Source: a virus
Taxonomy: Duplodnaviria; Caudoviricetes
Virus record (IMG/VR): IMGVR_UViG_2513237354_000022
Span: 1 to 64,000 of that record
Length of the DNA stretch: 64,000 nucleotides
Direction: 5' to 3' (one strand)
Part shown: positions 44,269 to 54,321 of the stretch, one piece after another
How the letters are laid out: each line of letters opens with the position of its first letter
Numbering within the stretch: the stretch's first letter is position 1
The notes under the pieces: model-generated
The model's input: the letters and a program-made list of their open reading frames with translations, nothing else
Databases searched by the model: none
Told to the model about the DNA's origin: nothing
Position numbers and translations under genes: made by a program

Positions 44269-46349
44269 TATCTCGGTCCTGCGGGGAGTTGCTGGGTTAG
44301 CTGTGAGTTAACACCCTTCTGACGATCGACAGTCAAACGGGCAGCCTCGCGCGGATCGGAAACGCCGTGGATGTTAATGTTCGTTTCCTGCTGAATAACC
44401 GGGGCGCTGGTGGGCATATTGCTCATCACTTTCGGAATGTAGTTGCGCGTTTCCTGCGGCATCAACCCCATGCCATAGCGCTGAACGTTACCAATCCCCC
44501 AGTTATATGAAGCCAGCGCCTTGCTAAGGTCGCCACCATTCTGCCGTAACAGCTGGCTGAGATACTTAGCGGCTGCCTGTGCTGACTTTTCCGGGTCGAA
44601 TACATCGTTACCACGCAGGCCCATGTCGCGCGCCGTGCCATCCATAAACTGGAATAGCCCCTTTGCACCAGCGCCGGACATAGCAAACTGGTTACCGCCT
44701 GACTCAGTGATCGCAACGCTTTTCAACAAGCCGGCAGGCAGCTGATAAAGAGACTCCAGCTTATTGAACATTGGCCCCATCCAGTCGAGCAATACTTTGC
44801 CCTGGGCTGTCGCCTGAGGTCGCTTAACAGACTGCGCTCGCTGCTCTGGCTCCAGTCCCATCTCCTGAATTTTGCGCTGGATTTGCTCATCAGTGAAAAA
44901 GTCTTTGCCTGGGTTTTCCTTTCTCAGCGCCTCATATGCCTGCTGCCTTTCAGGTACTATATTGCTGCCTATACCGCCAATCGACGCCATTTCTTCGCTG
45001 GTGGTCGGCGTATTGTTGGCAGGAATGAACATAAGCAACCAGGGATTCTTGATTGCCAGCTGCGCGATCCCCTGCGCCAGCTTACCCAAACCACCAATAG
45101 AGCCGCCGATTGCCTTACCGAGCCCCATAAATCCGGCGACAAGTCGCCCGATACCCGTGAGCATGGAGACCAGCTTCGCACCGGCCAGAAAGCCAAACAG
45201 GATGGTGAGCGTATTTTTCCAGCCGCCCAGGTTGTCCTTGAGCTCCAGAAACTTATCGCGTAACCACTTGAACACCTTCTTAGCCTGCTCAATCTCTGGC
45301 TGCCACTTGGACCAGTCAATGAGGCTTTTCCCGCCCTCTTTCCACGTCTGGTAATCGTCATAGAGCAATCCGATCGCCAGAATCAACGTGGTGATCAGGC
45401 CGATAGGGGATTTCAGAAATGCAGCATTGAGCAGACGCCAGGCAATGAGGATTGCGCCAATAGTCATCAGGAATTTTTTGCTGCCATCGTCCAGCTTTTT
45501 CCACCAGTCAATGACCGAACCAGCCGCCTGTATCACCCGCCAGGCCATTCGCGTGAATGCGTTCGCAAGCCAGATCACACCTTTAATGACTTTGGTGAGC
45601 GTCTCTTCAATCTTAGGGAAGTTGTCGAGGATGCGCCGCCTCAGGCTGTCCAGCGAACCAGCCAGGCCACCAGCGAGGTTTGAGCCGATCTTGTCCCGCA
45701 TGATGCCGAACAGCGACGTGAGCCCGCGCATGGACGTCATGAATTTGTTGGACTGAACAGCCGCTTTATCAGCGTTGAACCCCGTCTTTTGCAGCATCGA
45801 CTGGTAATCGGCGGTAAAGCTATTCATGCCGCGACGCATCGCCATCAGCGTGTTTTCATCGATGCCGAGCATCTGCGCGTATTGCTTCGCGCGGTAATAC
45901 GGCATGTTGTTGAGCTTTTGCCCCACGCCAGTAAAGATGGCCGTAGTATCACGCATCTTTCCGCTAGCATCGCGGGTCTGGACGCCCAGGCGGTTCAGGA
46001 AACCTTCCGCGCCCGGATTGCTACGCATGAAACCAGCCAGCCCTTCGAGGGAGGACATAGCCGACTCGGCGCTGGCACCGGTTTGCGATGCGGCATAGCC
46101 CAGTGCTTTGATGCCCTGGACACTGGCCCCCGTCCGTTGGGATGCCCAGTAAATTTTATCCAGCCCGTTCGCGATCTGGGTGGTAAACCCAACAATGCTC
46201 AGCGCTGCGCCTTCCACCACCGCACCGACCTTCAGAACATTCGCGGTAACGCCTTTCAGCACTGCTTCAAACTTATTAGCGCCAGCCTGATCGATATCGA
46301 ACCCCAGCGAAACAAGGAAGTCTTTAATCGTATCTGCGTTACCGCTCAT
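44268..46349 (-). CDS. Tape measure protein with C-terminal lytic transglycosylase domain
   Basis: 693 aa; AITESGG...GAKGLFQFM...DVFDP..SA..AAKYL...ALASYNWG (SLT motifs). Confidence 0.92.
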   Translation of the reverse strand: MSGNADTIKDFLVSLGFDIDQAGANKFEAVLKGVTANVLKVGAVVEGAALSIVGFTTQIANGLDKIYWASQRTGASVQGIKALGYAASQTGASAESAMSSLEGLAGFMRSNPGAEGFLNRLGVQTRDASGKMRDTTAIFTGVGQKLNNMPYYRAKQYAQMLGIDENTLMAMRRGMNSFTADYQSMLQKTGFNADKAAVQSNKFMTSMRGLTSLFGIMRDKIGSNLAGGLAGSLDSLRRRILDNFPKIEETLTKVIKGVIWLANAFTRMAWRVIQAAGSVIDWWKKLDDGSKKFLMTIGAILIAWRLLNAAFLKSPIGLITTLILAIGLLYDDYQTWKEGGKSLIDWSKWQPEIEQAKKVFKWLRDKFLELKDNLGGWKNTLTILFGFLAGAKLVSMLTGIGRLVAGFMGLGKAIGGSIGGLGKLAQGIAQLAIKNPWLLMFIPANNTPTTSEEMASIGGIGSNIVPERQQAYEALRKENPGKDFFTDEQIQRKIQEMGLEPEQRAQSVKRPQATAQGKVLLDWMGPMFNKLESLYQLPAGLLKSVAITESGGNQFAMSGAGAKGLFQFMDGTARDMGLRGNDVFDPEKSAQAAAKYLSQLLRQNGGDLSKALASYNWGIGNVQRYGMGLMPQETRNYIPKVMSNMPTSAPVIQQETNINIHGVSDPREAARLTVDRQKGVNSQLTQQLPAGPR

Positions 46350-46952
46350 TGGCCGCTCTCCATTTATCTACCCGGGCGTCGTTATCCTCGCGCATGTCGA
46401 GGTAGTCATTGAGAAGCGCGATGCGGCAAAGGTCTACCGCACCGCTGTTAAGGTCTTTCTGGTCAATATGGAAGGCAAGCGCCGGACGAAGAATAAAATC
46501 TTCACCGCCCGGCAGGCTGTTGAAGGTTATTCCGCTGGCGGGGTGGGCGTCTCGCTGGTAGGGAGTCCTTGCAAAAAATTTCCCAGCGAGTCGGCGACCA
46601 CCCGCGCCACCAGTTGCAGCATGGTAAGCAGGTCGATATCGTCAAACGCCATTTCGCCATGCTGGCAGACCGGCACCCAGCCTTTCATGTGCTCGCGTGA
46701 AACAACGGAAAGGCAGGGAAACAGGATAGCGTCCACGTCGCCATCGCTCAGATCGGACACAGCATTGGCAATTTTTGGCAGGATGGTAGCCATCGCGCCT
46801 TCGGTGTCTTTGCTGCTGATCTTCTCCTGAACGCTCCGGAAGTCAGAAACCATCCCGGCCAGCACCGGCAACAGCTTGCGGGACACCTTCAGCTGTTCGA
46901 AAACGCTGAGCTTTGCGGTGCAATATTTCACGCCTTTAATTTCGAATTCCAT
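46339..46952 (-). CDS. Tail assembly chaperone G-T (-1 frameshift product), prophage 2
   Basis: Slippery GGGAAATTTTTTG (46572-46584). The -1 frame is open to TAA at 46339: SLPGGEDFILRP...DLCRIALLNDYLDMREDN. Confidence 0.8.
46527..46952 (-). CDS. Tail assembly chaperone G, prophage 2
   Basis: 141 aa between tube and tape measure genes. Confidence 0.88.
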   Translation of the reverse strand: MEFEIKGVKYCTAKLSVFEQLKVSRKLLPVLAGMVSDFRSVQEKISSKDTEGAMATILPKIANAVSDLSDGDVDAILFPCLSVVSREHMKGWVPVCQHGEMAFDDIDLLTMLQLVARVVADSLGNFLQGLPTSETPTPPAE

Positions 46953-46955
46953 GCG

Positions 46956-47396
46956 TTAAAACTCCCCGAGCAGCTGGTCAATCTTGCCGCAGTCGAATAC
47001 CCAGGCGACGGTTCCGCCCTCTTTGGCATTATTGAAATCAGGCTGTTTCTGGAATGCACACGAACGCGCAGTAGAAATATCACCCGATGCCGTGTTGCGA
47101 ATGACGATCACGTTATTGCCCCAGGTGGCAGAGGACTGGCTTTGCGCGTTATACGCCAGAGACAGCTTCTTGTTCACGGGGGAGGTTTTCAGCAGCGTTA
47201 CCGTAATGGTGCCTGACTTATCGGCGTGCAGGCTGTGCATCACTTCGCCATCGGCACCGATGGTCATGGTGTTCTTGTTGCCGCCCATGGTCTGGGTGAT
47301 ACCTTCCTCAGAGTTCGCAGAACCCTGACCAAGATCGATAACGCCGGTCGGCCCGGTGAGCGACGCGGTTACATCGAGAAAAGAATAAGTTGCCAT
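46956..47396 (-). CDS. Tail tube protein (DUF3277-like)
   Basis: TYSFLDV, IGADGE.MHSLHADKSGTIT. Confidence 0.9.
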   Translation of the reverse strand: MATYSFLDVTASLTGPTGVIDLGQGSANSEEGITQTMGGNKNTMTIGADGEVMHSLHADKSGTITVTLLKTSPVNKKLSLAYNAQSQSSATWGNNVIVIRNTASGDISTARSCAFQKQPDFNNAKEGGTVAWVFDCGKIDQLLGEF

Positions 47397-47406
47397 TTAT
47401 CGCTCC

Positions 47407-48567
47407 TTAGCGAACCACGTTGATCTGCACATCGGCATAATGAACTGCGCCAGCCAGCTTACAGGCCACCTGAATTAACGGTGCTTTGCGCGCTTCGCGG
47501 TCGGCCTGCGCCTGTTGCACCAGCGGCTGCGCATAGACGTAATAGCCTTTGGTCAGCGTATCGCCGGAATTCAGTTGTCCGATAGGGCCACCATTCCACA
47601 CGCCAGCCGCTACCAGACCGTTCGTGACGGACTGATCCATGGACTGTTCAACGTTGGAAAGCAGACGGGTCACACCGGCATCAGTCTGCGGAATTTTGGT
47701 GGTGCTGGTGTAAAGCAGGTTATAGAGGTTGGTCTGAACGTAGTTCTGCAACCAGTCGAGCCCGTGGCGCTCGTCGAAGAAGTCACCGTTTGCCATGACA
47801 CCCTGTTGCAGGATCGCCGTGTCGTTGGCGTAGTACACGAACACGTTCGCATTCTTCGCATCCACAGCCGCCGCCTGGCCTACCGTCAGCGTTTCGTAGG
47901 TTACGCTCGGTTCCTGTTTGAATTTCAGGGTAATGGTGGTATTGCTGCCGTTGAAATTGACAGTAAAAGCGCGACCGAAAGCAGAAACCGCCGCGTAAGG
48001 GCTGCTGGTGGAATACTGAATAAAGGTACGGGCATACTTGCCAGCCTTTAATTTCGATGCAACATCGGTCGTCGAAGTCGTGCTGATAATCTCAGCGTCA
48101 CCAGAGGTCACACCAAAGATACGGCTAAGGCTTGACGCCTCGATAAGCTTGGCAACCTCAATCACGTCATCAGCATCAAGCACATCGCCACCTGCGACAA
48201 CATCATCAGCGACAACCAGCCCATACCAGTTGGTATATTGCAGGCAGGCATTAACAGCTTGCACAATGGTTTCCACGCTTCCACCTTCGGAAGATGTCAG
48301 CGTCTTCGCCCAGCGGCCAACATAAACCTGCGTCGGCTTCGGCGACTGGCTGAAGAAAACCTGCGCCGCTTCATATTCCGGGCTGTCGACTCCGAAGTCC
48401 TCGCCAATGTCCTCAACGGACGCATAAAGGCGAACGCGCTCCTGCACCGGAATGACAGTGGAAGAACCGAGGATCAGCAGCGCGCCGAAGTTACGACCAG
48501 TAGCCGCTTTCGGCGAGATGATCACATCAACGTTTACAACGTTGGATACAGGTAAGCCCTGCGTCAT
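47407..48567 (-). CDS. Tail sheath protein (DUF3383-like)
   Basis: 386 aa; [37 protein letters not shown]. Confidence 0.93.
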   Translation of the reverse strand: MTQGLPVSNVVNVDVIISPKAATGRNFGALLILGSSTVIPVQERVRLYASVEDIGEDFGVDSPEYEAAQVFFSQSPKPTQVYVGRWAKTLTSSEGGSVETIVQAVNACLQYTNWYGLVVADDVVAGGDVLDADDVIEVAKLIEASSLSRIFGVTSGDAEIISTTSTTDVASKLKAGKYARTFIQYSTSSPYAAVSAFGRAFTVNFNGSNTTITLKFKQEPSVTYETLTVGQAAAVDAKNANVFVYYANDTAILQQGVMANGDFFDERHGLDWLQNYVQTNLYNLLYTSTTKIPQTDAGVTRLLSNVEQSMDQSVTNGLVAAGVWNGGPIGQLNSGDTLTKGYYVYAQPLVQQAQADREARKAPLIQVACKLAGAVHYADVQINVVR

Positions 48568-48570
48568 AGT

Positions 48571-49119
48571 TTATTCTCCAAAAAAGGTGACTGGCGCTTC
48601 CACCAGCGATTTAATGCCGTACTCACGCACAACCTTCCGGCGCAGGCGCACCGTCATGTCGTAGCGGCGAACCCATTGCTGGTTGATAAGTTCGGGGAAA
48701 GGGGTCAGACCGGTATAGTCGCCCAGGGACAAACCAAGCGCGTTCAACTCAGCATTGTTTTGTGGGACAGATATGCCATCGCGAAAGCGGGACGCATAAG
48801 ACATACCAGCCGGGCCATAGAACGACGCCATGCACTCGAACGTTTCATGCCGCCAGAGCTGAGCGCCCTCGTCGGTCTGATTGGTGAATGCAGGACTGTT
48901 ATCAATGGGCCACCCGGTAACGCCGAACGCGCACCAGTTCGTTTCAACGGGTAGCAGTGGCGGCTGATCTTTCTGCCAGCGCGGGCGAACCATCCCAGCA
49001 GGCAAGCCGGAAACGTTGCGCATCCACTGGCTTAACAGCCTGTCGAGCGCTTCGTCATAATCCGGGTCGCCGCTGGTGGGTGTCAGCCAGCCGCGCTCTG
49101 TGCTGGTGTTATTGCTCAA
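48571..49119 (-). CDS. Tail terminator/neck protein
   Basis: Probable TTG start at 49119; VRPRWQ, FYGP.G, WVRRYD. Confidence 0.82.
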   Translation of the reverse strand: MSNNTSTERGWLTPTSGDPDYDEALDRLLSQWMRNVSGLPAGMVRPRWQKDQPPLLPVETNWCAFGVTGWPIDNSPAFTNQTDEGAQLWRHETFECMASFYGPAGMSYASRFRDGISVPQNNAELNALGLSLGDYTGLTPFPELINQQWVRRYDMTVRLRRKVVREYGIKSLVEAPVTFFGE

Positions 49120-49498
49120 CGGGAGTTCCCCCATCAAACGGCAGTAATTCACAATGTGCCTGGACAAAGCCAGCACCGTAAGCCGTGTACGGGTCGACGA
49201 ATGTCACACGATAATCACGGTTCTGATACGTCACGATATCGGCATCACGGCCAGTCTGCCCCTGCGTGAGTCGCTCAGTCGTCACTATTAAAATCGCCCC
49301 GCTTATAACCTGCCCGGCCTGCATGCGGCGGTTTTCCAGAGAGCGGTCAACGGTAACAACCCCGGCAAACTGCGTTTTAACTTCGCTGTCACTGCCGATC
49401 CCGTCATCGTCTACCGTTTGCGCGCGACGCGTTACCCACAGATTGAAGTCGCAAAAATCGGGGTCAAAAAGCACGTCTGTTACATCAAGATTCGGCAT
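49109..49498 (-). CDS. Head-closure/head-tail adaptor
   Basis: [22 protein letters not shown]...DPY..YG.GF. Confidence 0.82.
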   Translation of the reverse strand: MPNLDVTDVLFDPDFCDFNLWVTRRAQTVDDDGIGSDSEVKTQFAGVVTVDRSLENRRMQAGQVISGAILIVTTERLTQGQTGRDADIVTYQNRDYRVTFVDPYTAYGAGFVQAHCELLPFDGGTPVEQ

Positions 49499-50039
49499 CT
49501 TTATCCCTCACTACATGGGTTATCGCGGCGAGATATTTGCCAGTATCGTAAAGAGGCTTAGCCAAAGCGGTGCCAGGAGATTCACCGGCAGCCCTTCTCG
49601 CAAGTTCCGCCTTCGCACCTTTACGGCCACGGCGCGCACGAGCTTCAACAGTGCTATCCGCAAGCGGAGTAAAATCGGCAGCTTTGATGTAATTTTTCAC
49701 ACCTCTTGCTGCCAATGTGCCAGCACGATTGAGCGCTCTTTCCGCACCCGCCGCATTACCATCAAGCGCAGCCTGCGCCGCTGCTTTGAGCTGCGGCACC
49801 GTCTGTTCCTCTACGGATTTAACGCCGGGGAGCAGGTGCGGGCGTGGGGGTATGTTTTGCGCTGGTGATCCGTATTCGTTGACGTAACCGATCCCGGCAT
49901 TACCAAACGGAACATCCTCACGCTCGCTGTCTTCTTCAGGAATGCCGACCAGCACATCCTTTTTGGTTAGCGACCTGAGCGCATCCAGAATGGCCTGAGC
50001 GTTATCCACCCTCGTTGTTACACCGCTTTTGAAACTCAT
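49485..50039 (-). CDS. HK97 gp10-like neck protein
   Basis: VLVGIP, NEYG....IPPRPHL, KPL.DTG. Confidence 0.82.
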   Translation of the reverse strand: MSFKSGVTTRVDNAQAILDALRSLTKKDVLVGIPEEDSEREDVPFGNAGIGYVNEYGSPAQNIPPRPHLLPGVKSVEEQTVPQLKAAAQAALDGNAAGAERALNRAGTLAARGVKNYIKAADFTPLADSTVEARARRGRKGAKAELARRAAGESPGTALAKPLYDTGKYLAAITHVVRDKDAES

Positions 50040-50443
50040 AGCTGGCGACCGCCCGCGCCGAACATCGTGATCAACTGATAAAATTCAGCGCCATATCGGG
50101 TGTTATTCCAGAAGCCTGCGTCAGGGTTTAGCGTCGCGCTGGTGTCATAGCTGACGCTTACCTTGTCAACGGACTTAGAGGATTGAACACCATTGGTGGA
50201 ACCGCCCGGGCCGCCAACCAGCATTGCCCGGCTATCTGCCGCCCATAGCGTCATGTAGTGAGCCACGAACAACTCGGCAAAGTACGGAAACAACTTTTTG
50301 CCGGTGACGTTTTCGCTCAGCAGTTCATCGGCAAGATTCAGACGGAACTCGATTTGGACGTCGGGATATTTTGCCGGGTCAGCAAACTGCGGGAAGTCGC
50401 GCCGAAAATCACTTACTGTTGGCAGGCTTTGATTCTTTGGCAT
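50036..50443 (-). CDS. Head-tail connector (DUF4054-like)
   Basis: [27 protein letters not shown]. Confidence 0.85.
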   Translation of the reverse strand: MPKNQSLPTVSDFRRDFPQFADPAKYPDVQIEFRLNLADELLSENVTGKKLFPYFAELFVAHYMTLWAADSRAMLVGGPGGSTNGVQSSKSVDKVSVSYDTSATLNPDAGFWNNTRYGAEFYQLITMFGAGGRQL

Positions 50444-50804
50444 CTTTCGCCCCATTACCGCCAGTCTGGGCGGCAGCAATCTGCGCTTGCAGGCTGTCGT
50501 TCTGCTCTTGCAGCTTGAGCAGCGCTTCTTTCAGATCGGCAATCAGCTGATCTTTATCGACAATCTGCTTATCTTTGTCGGCAATCTGCGCTTGCAGACT
50601 GTCGATAATGGGTTGCAGATCATCGGTGTCGCTAATCACGCTTTCGGAAAGCTCAGAGTGCGCCTGGGTAAACCAGTGCGACGCGACCTCTTCCGGCACG
50701 TTATGACGTCCCCGGCCAAACTCCTGTTTCGACTGATCGCCGAGCGTCAGCGTAAACGGGGTGTGGACATGGATGGTAACCAGCTTTTCTTTCGCCATTT
50801 TCAT
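50409..50804 (-). CDS. Conserved phage hypothetical protein (STY1053-like)
   Basis: V.TPFTLT...F..GRH.V..EVASHWF..AH, then coiled coil. Confidence 0.72.
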   Translation of the reverse strand: MKMAKEKLVTIHVHTPFTLTLGDQSKQEFGRGRHNVPEEVASHWFTQAHSELSESVISDTDDLQPIIDSLQAQIADKDKQIVDKDQLIADLKEALLKLQEQNDSLQAQIAAAQTGGNGAKDAKESKPANSK

Positions 50805-50839
50805 TTTCCTTCTGGCCCCTTTCGGGGCCGTTCTGGTTA

Positions 50840-51781
50840 TCAGATACCGTCCACGTAGGACAGGGTTTCTTTGTACACGGGCTCAACCGCACCGAGCTTG
50901 CCGTAGTAGGTCGCAATCTGGTACAGACCGCGATACTGGACAGGCACGCTCTGCAACGGCACCAGCGGATAACGCACGTATTTCTTGTCGTTGGTGTAAG
51001 CGACCATTCGGTCTTTACCGCCAACCCCGCGCGCTTTCAGCCATTTGACCGCTTTGATTTCCAGCGGAACGCCATTCTGGTGGAAAGCGATAGTGTTCAC
51101 GGCCAGATAGGTCAGCAGTGACTGGTTACCCGCTTCGGAAACCTTACGGCTCGCCAGCAGTGAATACTGCTCTGGTGGAATGCGCAGATCAGAAGGCACG
51201 ACGGAATAGCCGGATGCGACCCAGGCATTCGAAAGAATGCTGTTCACGCTATCGAGGATCTCGTCGTTAGTGGAGTTCGCCCAGGTCTTCGGCGCGTTGT
51301 TCAGCGTCACACCGACGAGGTTTGCCAGACCTTTCAGGCCTAGCGCGTCATCACCGATGTAAACCTGCTCGTCGTTATCCATCTGCCATTTGAGCTGCAT
51401 ACCGTCGTACTTCTGGGTATCAATCGGGCGACCTACCTGCTGAGCTGCTGCCAGCTCTACAACGGTCCAGCCCAGTTCCATGCCCCAGAGGTTCAGCGGA
51501 TTACCGTCTTTACCGATATCAACATTCACGCCTGCGATTGCAGTGGAATCTTTGCCTACCCAGTTTTTACCGTTCGGATTTGCGCCAGTACCCGCAGCGC
51601 CAAAGCTGGTGTTAGTCCAGCTGGAAATGTCATCTGCGATAGAGACGTCTTCACGCAGCTGGATATCTCGGGTCCAGGTGTAACCCACCAGCGGCAGGTT
51701 CAGCGTCTGGTCGAGTCGCTCCAGCTCCCCGATGAGAAAGGCACCAGAGCCATCAACGGTTGCCTGATCAAAAGTAATCAT
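50840..51781 (-). CDS. Major capsid protein (DUF2184-like), prophage 2
   Basis: 313 aa; GAFLIGELERLD; follows protease and decoration genes. Confidence 0.9.
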   Translation of the reverse strand: MITFDQATVDGSGAFLIGELERLDQTLNLPLVGYTWTRDIQLREDVSIADDISSWTNTSFGAAGTGANPNGKNWVGKDSTAIAGVNVDIGKDGNPLNLWGMELGWTVVELAAAQQVGRPIDTQKYDGMQLKWQMDNDEQVYIGDDALGLKGLANLVGVTLNNAPKTWANSTNDEILDSVNSILSNAWVASGYSVVPSDLRIPPEQYSLLASRKVSEAGNQSLLTYLAVNTIAFHQNGVPLEIKAVKWLKARGVGGKDRMVAYTNDKKYVRYPLVPLQSVPVQYRGLYQIATYYGKLGAVEPVYKETLSYVDGI

Positions 51782-51792
51782 TCGTCTGTTCC

Positions 51793-52296
51793 TTAAATCT
51801 TCCAGGAGATTTCTGCATTGCCGTTAGCGTCACCGGCCCCTGTGAATTCGGCGTTGGTCAGCGCCACGTTTTTGCCACTGACGGACGTGGACATAAAGCC
51901 GCCCAGCGGCACGTCAATGGTTGAATCGAGCGAAACAACCACGTAGACAGGCGCGCCTTTTTTGATGGTACTGGCATCGAAGCCAGATCCGAGGTTAACG
52001 GTCATGTAGCCACGTTTCATGGCGTCGCCCGGGAAGTTCTTATCCGTTCCCACCTGGCGAACCATGTCGGGCTGCGATGTGGTCGGATACGGACGAACGT
52101 AGATACCCTTCACCTTGTCGGCGGTGTCACCGTCCGCCAGCGGCACGAAAAAGCCGTCAGCGTCGTATTTGCCAGCCAGACCGTAAGCAGCGAAGGCGTT
52201 AGCGGATTTAAGGATCACCGGTTCGACGGTTAAGTCCTGCGGGCGAGAGATAGCCCCGGCAATGCCAACAGGCATCCGGTACAAATATGCAGTCAT
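51793..52296 (-). CDS. Capsid decoration/cement protein
   Basis: 167 aa; YLYRMP.GIAG.ISR, G..VRPYP, MKRGYMTV. Confidence 0.8.
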   Translation of the reverse strand: MTAYLYRMPVGIAGAISRPQDLTVEPVILKSANAFAAYGLAGKYDADGFFVPLADGDTADKVKGIYVRPYPTTSQPDMVRQVGTDKNFPGDAMKRGYMTVNLGSGFDASTIKKGAPVYVVVSLDSTIDVPLGGFMSTSVSGKNVALTNAEFTGAGDANGNAEISWKI

Positions 52297-52300
52297 TGGA

Positions 52301-53533
52301 TTATCCTTTGCGGTTAGACCAGAAGTCGGCGTTTTGTTTGTTCAGGGAAGCAATGCTGGTCATGCCCATATTTGGGCGTTGTGCATCGCCCGTGGTGCTG
52401 CGGGTGTTTCGCCCTTTGGCAATCTCAGACACAGCGTTAAATGCCATATCGACCGATTGCTTAGGCAATTTGCGGATATCAGCATCACCGACAACCTGGC
52501 GAACCAGTGTTTTGTCAGCGGCAGCCAGCACATCACGTTTGAACGCGGTCGGTTTCACCTTACGGCTCAGATCGATACCCGGGACGATAACTTCGGCACG
52601 ATAGGCAGAGTCACCGGTAATCGTGGTTTCCTCTTCGTCGTCCTCGCCGTCGCCGGTCGGATCTTTTTTATCTTTATCGTCAGGCTTATTGTCGTTATCG
52701 CCCGTCGCATTTCCTTCCAGCTTAGCCAGCAGGGCTTTAAGCAAGGTTTTGATATCGTCCTCGCCGTCGCCGGTTGGCTCTCCGCCCATTTCCGGCTTTT
52801 TGTCCGGCAACGGTTGTTGCGGTGAAAGGTTAATGTTGAGGTTAACGCCGCTCGGCAGCTCCCCTTCATCGCCCGTTACCGCCGCTGGCGCAGAGTCCAG
52901 CAATTCGTTCATGGTGTCCGAGTCACCCGTTTTGATGGCCGTACGCATGCGGGTCCACCAGCTTTTCTTTTGATTTGCCATTGTGTCTCTGTCTCCAATT
53001 GCACAACGATTTCCGGCTCTGCCTTTGGGGACAAGAGCCACATGGTTTCCGGTAATATCGACCTGCTCGGCTTTACCTGGCTCGGTCTGATCGTATTCCG
53101 CGTCATAGCCGCACGACACTTCGCGCAGACCATCTTCGATTAGCTGAATCGCGCTTTCGTCTTTGACGATAAGGTCAGCCAGCATCAAATCAGACTGATC
53201 ACCAGTCCCGCGCCGCACATTCTGAAGATGCCCGACAGCAAGCTCTTTCCAGTTCTCGGGATTTACCAGCCGCACATTCCCGTTTTCATCTTCAGGATGC
53301 AGGATCGTGATGCTCATCCCTTCGAATGAGGCGAGCGTGGCCGGATGGAATACCTGCTCAGGAGAGCGCGTTACGACTATCTCACCGAGCTTGTCGGGTT
53401 TGAGGTTTGGCAGATCGGCAGCGCCGTAGAGCTGCTTACCCGTTCGACCTATCGGCACATCTCTGCACAGCAGCGAGCCGTCAGCCAGCTGATAGCGGGT
53501 TTCCCCCAGCCGGGTATAGAAAAAATATTTCAT
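52301..53533 (-). CDS. Prohead protease/scaffold (DUF2213-like)
   Basis: TRYQLADGSL, EVSCGYDA, GNHVALV..GRAG; acidic scaffold-like C-terminus. Confidence 0.9.
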   Translation of the reverse strand: MKYFFYTRLGETRYQLADGSLLCRDVPIGRTGKQLYGAADLPNLKPDKLGEIVVTRSPEQVFHPATLASFEGMSITILHPEDENGNVRLVNPENWKELAVGHLQNVRRGTGDQSDLMLADLIVKDESAIQLIEDGLREVSCGYDAEYDQTEPGKAEQVDITGNHVALVPKGRAGNRCAIGDRDTMANQKKSWWTRMRTAIKTGDSDTMNELLDSAPAAVTGDEGELPSGVNLNINLSPQQPLPDKKPEMGGEPTGDGEDDIKTLLKALLAKLEGNATGDNDNKPDDKDKKDPTGDGEDDEEETTITGDSAYRAEVIVPGIDLSRKVKPTAFKRDVLAAADKTLVRQVVGDADIRKLPKQSVDMAFNAVSEIAKGRNTRSTTGDAQRPNMGMTSIASLNKQNADFWSNRKG

Positions 53534-53547
53534 GGATTACCTGCAAT

Positions 53548-54321
53548 TCAGGCGAGATAAGAATGAGGGTTTGGGAAGACGATCTCTTTGTAACATCGGC
53601 AGTTCGGTAGCTCGCCAGCGTGACCGGTCATGCCGTCAAGCGTTGGAGGTCGGCCCCATTCGACAAACTTACCTTCCATCTCCCGATGAGAATGCCGGAC
53701 GTCGCCATCTTCGGCTGTACGCCAGATATAACCATTCGAGCCGATTGACAGCGCACGCGCCTGATCCAGCGCGCCGGTTGCGCGTCCAAGCTCGGTACGG
53801 GCGATAAGGTTCGCTCGTGAGCGTGACACGTCACCGGACGCAGCTATCTCTTTCGCGAATGGCTCAGCGCGGCCACCAGTCACAAGGGCCTTGATGGCCT
53901 TGTTCTGAATGTCATACACCCGATCGGCGGCCTCAAGAGGCAGCGATTTGATGTACTTAATTTGCTCGGCGACGATGGATTTCATCACCTGGCCTACCGG
54001 GGCGCGGTCAACCATGTTGCGCAGCTCTGCGCTGATGTTCCGGCTGTGCTGACGCCACTGCTTTTCATTCTGGCGCGCTATGTCTGCGGTGAAGTTCTCA
54101 GCTACCTTAGTCGCCCAGGGGGTGATGATTTCGCTGTAGCGTTCCAGCGCATCCATTATTTCGGTGACGCTATCGTTTGAACCATCGTAGCGCCCATTTA
54201 CGATATCCCCGACCGCCCGCGCTATCTGCCGTAGGCTCGTTCGATATCGGATCTCCGCCTGGCGACTCTGGCGGTTTGTCGCCAAGTTCGCCGATGCCTG
54301 GCGGCGCTTCGTCTTCGGCAT
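53548..54321 (-). CDS. Minor head/morphogenesis protein (Mu gpF-like), prophage 2
   Basis: LIARTE, YIWRTAEDGDVRHSH, GH.GE.PNCRCY; start uncertain, overlaps the portal 3' end. Confidence 0.9.
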   Translation of the reverse strand: MPKTKRRQASANLATNRQSRQAEIRYRTSLRQIARAVGDIVNGRYDGSNDSVTEIMDALERYSEIITPWATKVAENFTADIARQNEKQWRQHSRNISAELRNMVDRAPVGQVMKSIVAEQIKYIKSLPLEAADRVYDIQNKAIKALVTGGRAEPFAKEIAASGDVSRSRANLIARTELGRATGALDQARALSIGSNGYIWRTAEDGDVRHSHREMEGKFVEWGRPPTLDGMTGHAGELPNCRCYKEIVFPNPHSYLA

